This document shows positions 1-10,827 of a DNA stretch of 64,000 nucleotides, in pieces. The notes below the pieces were generated by a model. It worked only from the letters and a program-made list of their open reading frames with translations. It was not told where the DNA came from and did not search any database. Positions within the stretch are counted from its first letter, which is position 1; every line of letters starts with the position of its first letter. Source of the DNA: Phormidesmis sp. (GTDB lineage: Bacteria > Cyanobacteriota > Cyanobacteriia > Leptolyngbyales > Leptolyngbyaceae). Location of the stretch: the NCBI GenBank assembly GCA_965248535.1, contig CBDFJR010000005.1, forward strand, positions 320,001 to 384,000, in the 5' to 3' direction. The position numbers and the translations under genes are program-made.

Positions 1-1
1 C

Positions 2-904
2 ACTGCTGCTGCTTATGCAATGCTTGCTCATCGCACCAATGATGGCTCTGAAAATATGGATGCCTACACTCCGGGCACCAACGCTGGAGATTGGCGACCC
101 ACCGGATCGGGAGATGCCGTCACGCCCTACTGGAGTAAAGTTCGTCCGTTTGCCATGCAGAAAGGCGATCAGTTTCGTCCCTCTCGACCCGCAGGTTATG
201 CCAGCAAGCGCGACCTGTTGAGTAGCCCTGAATATGCCGCGCAGTTTAACGAAGTCAAGCGGTTAGGGTCAGCCACATCGGGCAGCCGCACCGCCGAAGA
301 AACCGAGATCGCCTTCTTTTGGGCTAACGACTTAGACGGAACCTATAAGCCACCGGGTCAACTATTCCGATTTACACAGATTGTTGCCGAGCAGCGCCAA
401 CTCTCGATCGTCGAAAGTGCCCGTCTGTTTGCCCTAGTTGGGTTGGCTCTCGGAGATGCCGGAATCGTCGCCTGGGATGCTAAATATTCCACTGACCTAG
501 ATCTATGGCGACCTGAAACCGCCATTCACCTAGCTGATATGGATGGAAACCCTGCCACTGCTCCTGATACTGCCTGGGAACCGCTGTCGGTCGATCGGAA
601 CGGCAAGCACTTTAGCCCCGCCTTCCCTGCCTACGTTTCAGGTCACGCCACCTTTGGCGCAACCCACGCAGGCATCATGCGAAATTTCTTCGGAACCGAT
701 AATGTCACCTTTAAGCTCGAAACCAATGACCCCAAAGCTGACGGTGTGACGCGAGCCTTTAACAGCTTCTCGTCGGCGGCGTTGGAAAATGGCAGAAGCC
801 GGGTCTACCTCGGTGTGCATTATCAGTGGGATGCCGATGCTGGCTATCTTTCTGGCACTGGACTAGCCGATTATGTGTCTGCCAATTATCTACAAGCGCT
901 ATAG
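2..904 (+). CDS. Vanadium-dependent haloperoxidase / PAP2-superfamily protein, probably 5'-truncated by the window edge
   Basis: Motifs K(x)WRP, PAFPAYVSGHATF and SRVYLGVHY; the frame is open back to the window start. Confidence 0.85.
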   Translation, partial: TAAAYAMLAHRTNDGSENMDAYTPGTNAGDWRPTGSGDAVTPYWSKVRPFAMQKGDQFRPSRPAGYASKRDLLSSPEYAAQFNEVKRLGSATSGSRTAEETEIAFFWANDLDGTYKPPGQLFRFTQIVAEQRQLSIVESARLFALVGLALGDAGIVAWDAKYSTDLDLWRPETAIHLADMDGNPATAPDTAWEPLSVDRNGKHFSPAFPAYVSGHATFGATHAGIMRNFFGTDNVTFKLETNDPKADGVTRAFNSFSSAALENGRSRVYLGVHYQWDADAGYLSGTGLADYVSANYLQAL

Positions 905-911
905 ACATAGG

Positions 912-947
912 TCGTGTCGGGGCGTTCACCACCCCGACACGTTTTTT
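912..947 (+). terminator. Intrinsic terminator
   Basis: CGTGTCGGGG...CCCCGACACG stem followed by TTTTTT just after the haloperoxidase stop. Confidence 0.75.
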
Positions 948-1051
948 AGAATTGCGGATTAAAATCGTGGATTATGAAAATATCAGTAATAAAGTCAAGC
1001 TAGGAAACGCTTGAGGCGACGATCGTCAAACATTTTGCAATCAACACAGTC

Positions 1052-1249
1052 ATGTCAGACCTTCCCCCTCAACTCACTCCAGCAGAACTGCATGAATGGC
1101 AGCAAAGCCTTGAGGAAGCGGATCGGCATAACATTTTTTGTCACTGCCGAGAGTGCGACTACGAATGGGTTGCCTCTAAACCTGAAACCTGTATCTGTGG
1201 CAGCAAACGTGTGGAATACATCGCCTGTTGGCAGTTTCCAGATGGTTGA
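1052..1249 (+). CDS. Small Cys-rich (zinc-ribbon-like) hypothetical protein
   Basis: 65 aa with CHCRECxxEW...CICG...IACWQFPDG, a pattern I recall from small cyanobacterial proteins. Confidence 0.75.
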   Translation: MSDLPPQLTPAELHEWQQSLEEADRHNIFCHCRECDYEWVASKPETCICGSKRVEYIACWQFPDG

Positions 1250-1424
1250 GAAAGAAGGCAGGGGGAGGTTTCAAAATTCTGTGGTGTGGCTTTGCACCGT
1301 TTTCTCATTTTGAGCAGTTTTGTTTAAGCCACATCCGTCGAGAATCTTCGTGCTTGATCACAACCTAGGAGGAAAAGTACCGAGCGTGAATAATTCTGCT
1401 ATTCTCAGTCACTATCGAAACGGA

Positions 1425-1742
1425 ATGGCAGCCTATGACTGTTGCCACCCTCCGACCTTTCAGTCTCAATGGACAGCATTCACGGCAGAACTGAAAGAAT
1501 TTATTGTAGAGCCAAGTTCAGAAAAAGCTTGGGACGTGTTGCATTCCTTTGGTCGGTTGGTTTGGAAAATTACAGGAGTTCCGCTACATCTGCTGGCTTA
1601 TCCCACGGTGAGAAAGCATGGACAGCGTTATGCGGCAACTGGCTGTATCCGTAGTAGCCGCAATTGTGAGGGGCGTTGCTACCTTCTTAAGTGCAATGGT
1701 TGCAGTGATTTGATTGCTCACTTTACCTTTCCTCATGGGTAA
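1425..1742 (+). CDS. Hypothetical protein
   Basis: ORF 1320..1742, likely ATG start at 1425 (MAAYDCC...); contains ELKEF...WDVLH and KHGQRYAATGCIRS. Confidence 0.6.
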   Translation: MAAYDCCHPPTFQSQWTAFTAELKEFIVEPSSEKAWDVLHSFGRLVWKITGVPLHLLAYPTVRKHGQRYAATGCIRSSRNCEGRCYLLKCNGCSDLIAHFTFPHG

Positions 1743-1835
1743 CGTACTCAAAGCTCAGAATAGGTGCTAAACCGTTCCTGAATCTGGATGTCCTGGTAGT
1801 TAAACTGGTAGAAATTGTCATTGAGACTGGAGTGA

Positions 1836-2700
1836 GTGCGTGTGATTAGTGGAGTTGCCCTACGCAAAACTTCCGATGGATGGAAGTTCGCCAGTGAAGC
1901 CGCCCTCGAAAACTTCGTCTGGGAAGCTCTTCCTCAAATGTTTGGAGTCACCCCTCTCAAACAGCAGCACATCGCGAATGGGGAGATCTGCGACATTCTT
2001 GCGGTGGATGGTGATAGAGGGTTGGTCGTGTTGGAGTTGAAGAATGTAGAGGATCGCTATCTGATTCAGCAACTCACCCGCTACTATGCAAACCTTTTAG
2101 CCGAAAAGCCATTTCAGGAAAAGAGGTCGATTATTCTCGTCCAGTCCGACTGATTGCTATCGCTCCAACCTACCATCGACACAACTTAATTGATAAATCT
2201 TATAACACCCTGCACTTCGAGCTTCTACAATTTTCTGTAGTCAGGGAAGCTAATGAGGCGTTTTATTATCGGCAGATCAGTAGAACAACGACTCGGTTCA
2301 ACAGGAAACTTGATTCCCTACCTCAACCGATCGAGACCTCAACAGTAGAGAACATTTCAGAACCTCCAGAACTACTAATGAGATGGCTAGGAGTATTGCA
2401 CTCGTGAAGAACAGGAAGGCTTTCTTGATAGGTGAGAAGACAAGCTTCTTGCCTGTAGTCCTCGAATGAAAGAGATCTCGTAAATCGATCGTCCATTGAA
2501 CTGAAGGCTCATTAACCTCCAATATGCCAGACTTAAAAATGTGCGGAGATCCTACGTTTCTCAGCAGTTGAAGGGTGCACAAAGATCTACGTTATTCTTA
2601 AGCGGTGCCGACATTTAGTTAAATGCTGACTTCAACGGATACTCATTTAGAGAATGCCGGATTTGAAGGATGCCATGTTTACTGTAAAAAATGCTAATCT
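1836..2700 (+). pseudogene. NucS/DUF91-like PD-(D/E)xK endonuclease-domain gene, broken by several frameshifts (3' end approximate)
   Basis: FASEAALENFVW...ICDILAVD...VVLELKN...QQLTRYY; continues in another frame after ~2120 (EVDYSRPVRLIAIAPTYHRHNLID), with more indels at 2280-2700. Confidence 0.65.
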
Positions 2701-3094
2701 AAACTCCGCCACCGTAGGGAGCAACACCTTAGAAAAGACGGACTTCAGTGCAACACTGTCTTACCCATGTGGGCACAGTGTCAGAATCGCGATTGTGCAA
2801 AATGCAAAATGGAAGCAGGTATCTCAAAAATAGACCCCTTCTGATGAATCTATTCGTCTCTCCGAACTTTCACGATTGACGTTCTAAATTCACATTTGTC
2901 CCAGCAAAAAGGAAAGCTACCTGAGCTATTCAGAGAATACTGAGATGTCTGTCAAATTACTGAACCGGGAAAAAAGACTCTGATCCGACTTCGTCGATCG
3001 AGAACGTTAGACCAGCAGGACAATTTAACCCGAATCGTTAACAAAATTTTGGAATCGGGTACGCTACACAAATTTTGGTTTATATGGACGATCG

Positions 3095-5635
3095 CTAATA
3101 TACGCTTTCCATTTTGATTTCTTCGACCCCTTGCTCTTGATAGACAAACTCCTGCACTCGCAGGCGATATTCTCGCAGCGTCTCATCGACCCAGCCCCGA
3201 TCGTGACTGTTGGCGTAAATATGCACCAACGGTTCGCCCGCGTCAGGCAAAATCAGCACCCAGCTATCGCGGGGATGGTTAAAGATTTTTACTCCGTCAA
3301 TTAGTTCTAAGGTTTCAACCGGGTGGCTCTCGACCAAGTGACGCATGAGCGCCCCCTTCACCGTCCAGGGGCACCGCACCGAGTAGGTTTTGTGGGAAAT
3401 GCGCGGACAGTCAGCCCGAATCTGCGCCAGCGTTCGCTCTTGCAGGGTCAACATCTCGATCAGTTTAGCAATGCAAAACATCGCATCAAACCCCGGATGC
3501 AGTTGCGGAAAGATAAAGCCCATTTCGCCGCTGCCGCCCAACACAGTGCTGTGATTGGTGTGACAAGCCTCCATTAACGCCGTTGGGTTGGCCTTAGTGC
3601 GAATGACTTTGCCATCGTGACGACGAGCAATCAACTCTACTGCGCTTGAGGCGTGAACTGGAACCACGATCGTGCCCCTAGGGTTAGAAGTCAAAATCAT
3701 ATCCACCATCAGCGCCGTCAGAGTTTCGCCCCGAATTGGGCTGCCCGTCTCGTCTACCAGCACCAACTGTTCGCCATTAGCCGAGACTTGAACGCCAAAG
3801 GTTGCCTTGAGAGCTTCGACGACGTGACCGAGTTGATTGAGCAAGCCTTCTCGATCGGCGATCGTGGGAGCCGTCTGCGTCAAACTCGCGTTGAGAACGA
3901 CCGCATCGCAGCCAAACTTGGCCAGCAGTTGCGGCAACACCGCCCCCGAAACTGCATAGGCATAGTCAATCACCACTTTAGAACTGCTGTGATGAACGGC
4001 GTGGAGATTTAGGTGCTTCTCAAACCCGCGACTGTAGAGATCAATGGCATGGTTGACGATCGATACATTGCCGATTTCGTGAACTTGTGCTCGTCTAAAG
4101 TCTTCTTTAAAGAAAGCTCCCTCAATTTTCTTTTCAATGGTTTTAGAAATGTTGATGCCTTTTTGATCAAAGAATTCAATCAAAATGTGATCCGATCGCT
4201 CTGGGTGCACCCGCACATGAATGCCTCCCACCACATTCATCGTTGGCATCACCGATCGCGCCACTGGAATCGAAGTGGCTTCTAGATTTTGCACATTCAC
4301 CCCGACTGACATCAGCCCGGCAATCAACGATCGTGACACCATGCGGGCGATCGGGCGCTGATCGCGTGACACCGTGACATGGGCCCCCGATTTGAGCGTC
4401 GAGCCATAGGCCGCCCCCAACTTAACGGCAAACTCTGGAATGATATCGACGTTAGCCAGCCCCGAAACGCCGCGCTGCCCAAATAGGTTCCGGTGAGCCG
4501 CATAGCCCCAGATCAGGTTGGTGTTGAGTGTTGCACCCGCCTCGACGCTTTTGCTGGGCCACACCCGCACGTTAGGGCTGACCTGCGCCTCTTCGCCAAT
4601 GCTTGACAGTGGGCCAACCACGGCCCCTTCTAAAACGTGGGCCCGCCGATCGACCCTCGCGCCCCGTGCAATCACACAGGCCCGCAAGTGGACTTCTTCA
4701 CCCATCATCACGCCATTCCACACGATCGGGCGCTTGAGATCGGCATCGGCTCCGACGGTGACATTATCCCCGATCGAGGTGCCCCCTTCAATGTGCACTC
4801 TGGCCCCAATGCGGCAATTATTGCCAATAATTGTGGGTGTCTCGATCCGAGCCGAGGGATCAATGTAGGTATTTTCTCCCACCCATAAACCCGGCGATCG
4901 CTCGGTGTAAGGAAAGGTGAGCTTTACTTTTCGCAACAGCCCATCATATTGAGCTTCGCGGTAGGCATCTAAATTTCCCACGTCACACCAATAGCCATCG
5001 GCGACATAGCCATACATTGGCTCTTCTTTTTCTAACAACAGGGGAAAAAGATCTCTTGAAAAATCGGCTTCTTCATCAAAGGGCAGATAGTCTAAAACTT
5101 CTGGCTCCAGAATATAAATGCCCGTGTTGACTGTATCCGAGAAGATTTCGCTCGTTGAAGGTTTTTCTAAAAAACGGCGAATTCGATAATTTTCGTCAGT
5201 GATCACGACCCCAAACTCGATCGGGTTGGGCACTCGCGTCAAAATCAACGTCGCTTTAGACTGTTTTCGCTTGTGAAACTGAATGGCAGCCGTCAGATCA
5301 AAATCGGTGATGCTGTCACCGCTAATCACCAAAAACGTGCCGTCGAGCAACTCAACGATATTTTTGACACAGCCAGCCGTGCCGAGAGGTTGATCTTCTT
5401 CAACGGCGTAGGTCATCTGCACCCCAAACTCGCTGCCATCTTGAAAATAATCGCGCATGATGTCGGGCAAATAATGCAGCGTGGCGATCACTTCGCGAAT
5501 GTGATGACGCTTGAGTAAATTAATAATGTGTTCGGCGATCGGGCGATTGAGAATCGGCACCATCGGTTTAGGCAGATCGCAAGTGAGGGGGCGCAGTCGC
5601 GTTCCCGATCCACCTGCCATTAGCACTGCTCGCAT
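3095..5635 (-). CDS. Mannose-1-phosphate guanylyltransferase with C-terminal phosphomannomutase-like domain
   Basis: MRAVLMAGGSGTRLRPLT NTP-transferase motif, hexapeptide repeats, PGM/PMM-like C-terminus; 846 aa. Confidence 0.92.
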   Translation of the reverse strand: MRAVLMAGGSGTRLRPLTCDLPKPMVPILNRPIAEHIINLLKRHHIREVIATLHYLPDIMRDYFQDGSEFGVQMTYAVEEDQPLGTAGCVKNIVELLDGTFLVISGDSITDFDLTAAIQFHKRKQSKATLILTRVPNPIEFGVVITDENYRIRRFLEKPSTSEIFSDTVNTGIYILEPEVLDYLPFDEEADFSRDLFPLLLEKEEPMYGYVADGYWCDVGNLDAYREAQYDGLLRKVKLTFPYTERSPGLWVGENTYIDPSARIETPTIIGNNCRIGARVHIEGGTSIGDNVTVGADADLKRPIVWNGVMMGEEVHLRACVIARGARVDRRAHVLEGAVVGPLSSIGEEAQVSPNVRVWPSKSVEAGATLNTNLIWGYAAHRNLFGQRGVSGLANVDIIPEFAVKLGAAYGSTLKSGAHVTVSRDQRPIARMVSRSLIAGLMSVGVNVQNLEATSIPVARSVMPTMNVVGGIHVRVHPERSDHILIEFFDQKGINISKTIEKKIEGAFFKEDFRRAQVHEIGNVSIVNHAIDLYSRGFEKHLNLHAVHHSSSKVVIDYAYAVSGAVLPQLLAKFGCDAVVLNASLTQTAPTIADREGLLNQLGHVVEALKATFGVQVSANGEQLVLVDETGSPIRGETLTALMVDMILTSNPRGTIVVPVHASSAVELIARRHDGKVIRTKANPTALMEACHTNHSTVLGGSGEMGFIFPQLHPGFDAMFCIAKLIEMLTLQERTLAQIRADCPRISHKTYSVRCPWTVKGALMRHLVESHPVETLELIDGVKIFNHPRDSWVLILPDAGEPLVHIYANSHDRGWVDETLREYRLRVQEFVYQEQGVEEIKMESVY

Positions 5636-6036
5636 ACGGTCTCCTTGCTGGTTTGCGGGTAATGGTGTGACTCAACCACCCTCGATCGCTGATGTTGGGT
5701 CAACGGTTGGGGTCGCTTAACTTTATTTGACAGTGCTGACGATTTTTGTGCCATCAAACCTAACAATTGTTAGCAAATCGTTTTAATCTCAGAACTTTGC
5801 CACATCAAAACGACAATTTTCAAGAAATATTGCCCACGATCGCCCTTTCTCGGCGATTAGATCTGCACCCTATCCTTAGAGTTGATCAGGGCTTGCTAGA
5901 ATCGCTAATATAACAATCCCATTCTGGCTGTGAGAGAGGGATAGGCTTTTGACGGCACCGTCCCAGATGCTCATCCATTCTTTAGGGTTGCTATAGTTCT
6001 ATTCTCTTTGTTTTATCGTCGATTGGGAGTCATGAA

Positions 6037-6213
6037 ATGGGAATACTTGGCTTTTTAGCATTCGTCGTTTATCTAGGCGGCGCTTGGAAATTTTGGACAG
6101 GCTTTCGTCGCACCAATTTTAGTCAAGGACGGTTTTATCTGGCGTTGCTCTGGCCCGTCATGCTGGTCAGTAAGTCCTATCGCCAAAATTTCACCAAAGC
6201 ACTGAAGGGATAA
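6037..6213 (+). CDS. Small membrane hypothetical protein (58 aa, below the ORF-track cutoff)
   Basis: My translation MGILGFLAFVVYLGGAWKFWTGFRRTNFSQGRFYLALLWPVMLVSKSYRQNFTKALKG; GGGAG upstream; abuts the next gene. Confidence 0.75.
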   Translation: MGILGFLAFVVYLGGAWKFWTGFRRTNFSQGRFYLALLWPVMLVSKSYRQNFTKALKG

Positions 6214-6218
6214 GCGTT

Positions 6219-6899
6219 TTGAATGAATCCCTAGACTGGCAATCTCAGATTTCTGCCGTTGCCCAGCGTTTTAACCAAGAATATCGGGGAGAGCCATTTG
6301 ACCTTCCCGCAGAAGTTCAAGCTATGCCGATCTTTCGAGAGCGCACCTCTGGCATCTTGCAGGCAAAGTTGACTTCTCCGTTTTGGCAACTGGCCCAACC
6401 GCAAAAAAATCAGCGCTGCCTAGATATTGGCTGTGGGGTCAGTTTTTTGATCTACCCTTGGCGAGACTGGGGAGCGCTGTTTTATGGACAAGAAATCAGC
6501 CCGATCGCCAGAGATTTGCTCAACGCTCGTGCCCCCCAACTCAACTCAAAGTTGTTTAAAGGCGTAAATTTGGGCCCGGCTCACGAGTTGCACCATGAAG
6601 CTCATCAGTTTGACCTAGCGATCGCCACCGGGTTTAGCTGTTATTACACGATCGACTATTGGCTGACCGTGCTCACTGAGGTCAAGCGAGTGCTCAAACC
6701 AGGCGGAATTTTTGTTTTTGACGTGCTCAACCCCGACGCTCTGTTAGCTGAGAGTTGGGCAATTTTAGAAATGTATATGGGAGCAGAAGTGCTTTTAGAC
6801 CCATTGCCTGAGTGGGAAAAAGCCATCAAATCAGAAGGGGGGAAAATCGTGAAGACTTTACCCGGTGAGTTGTTTCAGCTATACAAAGTGACCTTCTAA
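6219..6899 (+). CDS. Class I SAM-dependent methyltransferase
   Basis: CLDIGCG motif I, FDLAIA, RVLKPGG. Confidence 0.85.
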   Translation: MNESLDWQSQISAVAQRFNQEYRGEPFDLPAEVQAMPIFRERTSGILQAKLTSPFWQLAQPQKNQRCLDIGCGVSFLIYPWRDWGALFYGQEISPIARDLLNARAPQLNSKLFKGVNLGPAHELHHEAHQFDLAIATGFSCYYTIDYWLTVLTEVKRVLKPGGIFVFDVLNPDALLAESWAILEMYMGAEVLLDPLPEWEKAIKSEGGKIVKTLPGELFQLYKVTF

Positions 6900-6908
6900 T
6901 TTTGCTCA

Positions 6909-6946
6909 AAAAATAAGGGGAGGTTACCGTTAGCAACTTCCCCTAA
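6909..6946. terminator. Hairpin between convergent genes (possible terminator)
   Basis: GGGGAGGTT...AACTTCCCC stem preceded by an A-tract; followed by a 15-bp tandem duplication AAAATTCACTCAGTC. Confidence 0.55.
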
Positions 6947-6977
6947 TTAAAATTCACTCAGTCAAAATTCACTCAGT

Positions 6978-8300
6978 CTATTTGATAGAGTTCACCAGAC
7001 TCTGCTGCGAAGGCTTGTCTTGGTTGGGCTGCGCGAAGGCCGTCTGCTCAAGAGCCGCTAGCGCTCGTGCATATTGAGGGTCTTGCTTGGTGCCAATCAG
7101 TTTGGGGTTGGTGGCCAAAAACTGACGTTGGGCATCGGTCAGGTCAATTTTGATGTCTGGGGTGATGCCTTTGTGACTGATATCAGTCCCGGCTGGGGTG
7201 TAGTAGTGAGCGATCGTCACTGCCAGCCCCGACCCATCTGACAGCGAGTGCACCGACTGTACCAAGGCTTTGCCAAAGGTCTGGCTGCCAATCACGGTGG
7301 CTCGTTTGTTGTCTTTGAGTGCGCCTGTCAAAATTTCGCTAGAGCTAGCGGAGTTGCCATCAACCAGCACCGCCAGAGGCAGCTTGGTGAGAGAGTTGCC
7401 GTTAGAGACAAACTCTTCTTTGCCGCCCTTGCGATCGACGGTTCGCACGATCGCGCCCTTGTCCATCCACATCCGGCTAATCTCAATGCTGGCTTGCAGC
7501 AGCCCACCAGGGTTGCCCCGCAGATCTAGCACATAAGCATTCACCTTTTGAGCCGCCAAGTCTTGAATGGCGCGCTGCATCTGCTCAGAGGCGTGGCTGC
7601 TAAACTCGTTGAGACGAATGTAGCCAATTCGGTTTTTGCCTTCTTGATGGAGGCTATATCGAACGGTTTGTAGCTCAATCTTGGCTCTCGTTAGCGGCAG
7701 GTCAAACTCACTGGTGCCGTCTCGCCCAATTCTCAGAGACACTTTTGAGCCGACTTCGCCCCGAATCTGGTTGGAGGCATCTTCGACACTCATGCCCTTG
7801 GTCAGTTTGCCGTTGATCGCGGTGATGCGATCGCCCGCCTGAATGCCTGCTTTGATCGCCGGAGAGTTTTCAAGTGGCTCAACCACGGTCAAAACTTTTG
7901 TCTTGTCATTGAGTTCTAGCCGGATGCCGACTCCTGAAAGTTCGCCAGACGTTTGGCTGCTCAGGGCTTCATATTGCTTAGGGTCCATGAAGCGCGTGTA
8001 GGGATCGTTGAGCTTCTTAAGCGCGTCGCGCAACGCATCGTAGGCTTGTTTGCGTGAGGTGTAATTTTTGTCTAACAAGCTTTGACGAATGGCTCTCCAA
8101 TCCGTGCGGTTGAAGGTGCCGTCTACATATTCACGGTTAACGATTTGCCAAGCTTCGTCTACTACGGTTTTGGGGCTATCTTGCAGCGCCGCTTTGACGG
8201 AGTGATCGGAGCCAAACAACGTGAGGGTAGCCGTAGCAGCCACTACGCCACTGCAAAGGGCAACTTGGAGAAGCGGGAAACGCCTGGTAGGTCGGTTCAT
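6978..8300 (-). CDS. ctpB: Carboxyl-terminal processing protease (S41), CtpB-type
   Basis: Signal region, PDZ domain, DLRGNPGG, SASSSEI, TFGKALVQ. Confidence 0.85.
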   Translation of the reverse strand: MNRPTRRFPLLQVALCSGVVAATATLTLFGSDHSVKAALQDSPKTVVDEAWQIVNREYVDGTFNRTDWRAIRQSLLDKNYTSRKQAYDALRDALKKLNDPYTRFMDPKQYEALSSQTSGELSGVGIRLELNDKTKVLTVVEPLENSPAIKAGIQAGDRITAINGKLTKGMSVEDASNQIRGEVGSKVSLRIGRDGTSEFDLPLTRAKIELQTVRYSLHQEGKNRIGYIRLNEFSSHASEQMQRAIQDLAAQKVNAYVLDLRGNPGGLLQASIEISRMWMDKGAIVRTVDRKGGKEEFVSNGNSLTKLPLAVLVDGNSASSSEILTGALKDNKRATVIGSQTFGKALVQSVHSLSDGSGLAVTIAHYYTPAGTDISHKGITPDIKIDLTDAQRQFLATNPKLIGTKQDPQYARALAALEQTAFAQPNQDKPSQQSLVNSIK

Positions 8301-8743
8301 CGAGTTGTTTTAGGAGTGAAGTGAATAGCTGTCGCAGCAAAGCTGCATCTGAGGGCAAGCTTTGAGAAGGTAAATCTACGGCTCACAAAGCGATTGCCAG
8401 ATCGTAACGTTTTCTCTTGAGATTGGGTTGCAACAGAGCCAGTTAATTGCAGCATCGCCTTTGAGACCAATCACTGAGCTAGTTTAGCTATAGAGTATAC
8501 AAGCCTGCACTGAGAGCCACTTGGAATTATGACAGTTCATGAAGTGTCTTTCTAAACAGGCGAGGGTGATGCACTGACAGGTGTTTGAATAGAAATGCAA
8601 GCTCTCTGACAATCTAACTGAATCTAGATGAAATATTCTAGAGTCAAGCTGCGAGTTGTATTAAGTTTTTTGACAGGGATTCATCTCTTGCTTAAGCGTG
8701 AACTATTAGCTCAAAGAAAGTTTAATCTAGGAGACGATCGGGG

Positions 8744-9568
8744 ATGGTGATCAGTAACAATCAATACCGTTGGCGATCGCTGATTTTGCACGGAGCGATC
8801 GCGGGGTCAGCGATCGCGATCGTGATCACCCTACAGCGCATTCAGCTTGCCAAAAATTCTCTCTGGGTCGAAAACCCGCAGCAGGCAGAGCAACAAGAAA
8901 CCCTGCGATTGGATCTCTTGCAGAAAACGCCTACCTTTGGCTTTGATAATGTCATTGCGGACTGGACGTTTCTCAACTTTTTGCAATATTACGGAGACGA
9001 TGAAGCTCGTAAGCAGACGGGTTACTCCCTAAGTTCTAACTATTTTGATGTAATCACTCAGCGCGATCCGCGATTTGTCGATAGCTATTTATTTTTATCG
9101 GGCACGTTGTCTTATCAACTGGGTGAGCCAAAGCGATCGCTGGAGTATCTCAAGCGGGGCACCGATGCTCTTTCGCCTCAAAATCACCCGCGAGCCTTTA
9201 CGGTGTGGCGCTATGCTGCCCTTGATCAACTGCTGCTGCTGGGCGACACGCCGGGGGCAATTCACTCGTTAGAAATGGCTTCAAAATGGGCCAACGACGT
9301 GCCCGAATACCATCCGGCGGCGGCGGTTTTTCAATCGGCCGCTAACTTTTTGAAGACCGATCCTGACAGTCGGCTGGTGCGATTTCAAGCGTGGGGTTCG
9401 GTTTATCAACAGGCAATGGCGATGAGCGATCGTAAGACTCAAGCCCGCGCTAAACAAGAGATATTGACCTTGGGAGGCGTGGAGAAAGTAGACGCAAAGG
9501 GAACCCATTTCTTTGCCTTTTCCCAGCCTGCAAAACCGCAGTCAAATTCATCGGGGGCAGCAAAATAA
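8744..9568 (+). CDS. Hypothetical protein with N-terminal TM anchor
   Basis: 274 aa; FGFDNVIADWTFLNFLQYYGD...DPRF motif recalled from cyanobacterial proteins. Confidence 0.75.
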   Translation: MVISNNQYRWRSLILHGAIAGSAIAIVITLQRIQLAKNSLWVENPQQAEQQETLRLDLLQKTPTFGFDNVIADWTFLNFLQYYGDDEARKQTGYSLSSNYFDVITQRDPRFVDSYLFLSGTLSYQLGEPKRSLEYLKRGTDALSPQNHPRAFTVWRYAALDQLLLLGDTPGAIHSLEMASKWANDVPEYHPAAAVFQSAANFLKTDPDSRLVRFQAWGSVYQQAMAMSDRKTQARAKQEILTLGGVEKVDAKGTHFFAFSQPAKPQSNSSGAAK

Positions 9569-9643
9569 AAGTCCCTCAGTGGGTAATAGGCTTTACAAAT
9601 TGCAAGGCTTGAATAGAAGTAGAAACCGATATCTACTAGTTCT

Positions 9644-9949
9644 ATGAAGAGTCAAGACACTTGTCGATTTGGAGTTCAGATTGCGTTTAGCTCAGTCATT
9701 CTCATGTTCTGTATGTATAAGCTCACCGTTATGCCCGAAAATCAGGGCAGCAATGCCATTTATTGGAGCGGCATCACGAGCATTTTGGCGTGGTGGATGC
9801 CCTCACCAGGCGGCAAAAGAGAGGGAAATCCATCAGTTGAGATGGATCATGTCAACATTGAAAAAGCCGAGACAAAGTTTGCTGGAAGGACTCAAGATGT
9901 GTCTGTGAATGTGGATCACGAGTCTCTACGATCGCGGGACAATAACTAA
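9644..9949 (+). CDS. Small 2-TM hypothetical protein
   Basis: 101 aa, two hydrophobic segments ending in WWMPSP. Confidence 0.65.
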   Translation: MKSQDTCRFGVQIAFSSVILMFCMYKLTVMPENQGSNAIYWSGITSILAWWMPSPGGKREGNPSVEMDHVNIEKAETKFAGRTQDVSVNVDHESLRSRDNN

Positions 9950-9956
9950 GGTTTCT

Positions 9957-10818
9957 TCAACCCAAAAGCTGCTGAATCATGCGATTTGACTGCGATTCAT
10001 AGCTGCCGCCAAACAGGTTAAAGTGATTGATAATGTGATAGAGATTATAGAGAGTTTTTCGAGACTGATAGCCACTTTCTAAGGGGAAAGTCTGGTGATA
10101 ACCTTGATAGAATTCTCCCGGAAATCCCCCAAATAATTCTGTCATTGCTAGGTCAACTTCCCGATCGCCCCAATAGATCGCAGGGTCAAAAATCACAGGT
10201 TCACCTGATTGAGTCACGGCAGCATTGCCTGACCACAAATCACCGTGAACGAGAGCAGGCTGAGGCGTATGTTCTAACAGTTTGGGAATGGCAGACGAGT
10301 AAGCGATCGCCCTGGGGAAAGTGTCCACCTTTTTGTTGCGCTAGCTGAAGCTGATAGCCAATTCGATAACGGGTAAAAAAATCACACCAGTCCGATGTCC
10401 AGGTATTAATTTGAGGAGTTGCCCCGATCGTGTTGTCTCGCTCCCAGCCAAACGCCGTCGATTTTTTGACTTGGTGAAGTCTAGCCAATTGCCGCCCCAT
10501 TTCTTCCCAAGTTTGGCTAGTGCCACGCCCCAGATCTAACCACTCTAAAACGATGTAGGCAGACTTATCCACGGTTCCCCAACAGATCGGAGCCGGAACC
10601 AAGATGGTCTCTGTCTCGCGCATTTGCTCAAGTCCCAGCGCTTCGGCGGCAAACATCGCGACCTGGCTAGCTTGATTGAGTTTGACAAAATAAGTCTGTG
10701 CGCCATCGGTGACGCGATAGCCCTGATTGATGCAGCCGCCACTGACAGAACGGCGATCGCGACTCTCAAATCTCTTCCCCGTGGATTGAGTAATGTGTTC
10801 AGCAATCTGTGTCCACAT
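9957..10818 (-). CDS. Fructosamine kinase family protein, with a frameshift near 10296
   Basis: N-half SVSGGCIN...FVKLN...FGWERDNTIG and C-half LVHGDLWSGN...FDPA...DREVDLAM are in different frames; removing one base joins DRLL-SAIPKLL. Confidence 0.85.
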
Positions 10819-10827
10819 CGAAGCCGT

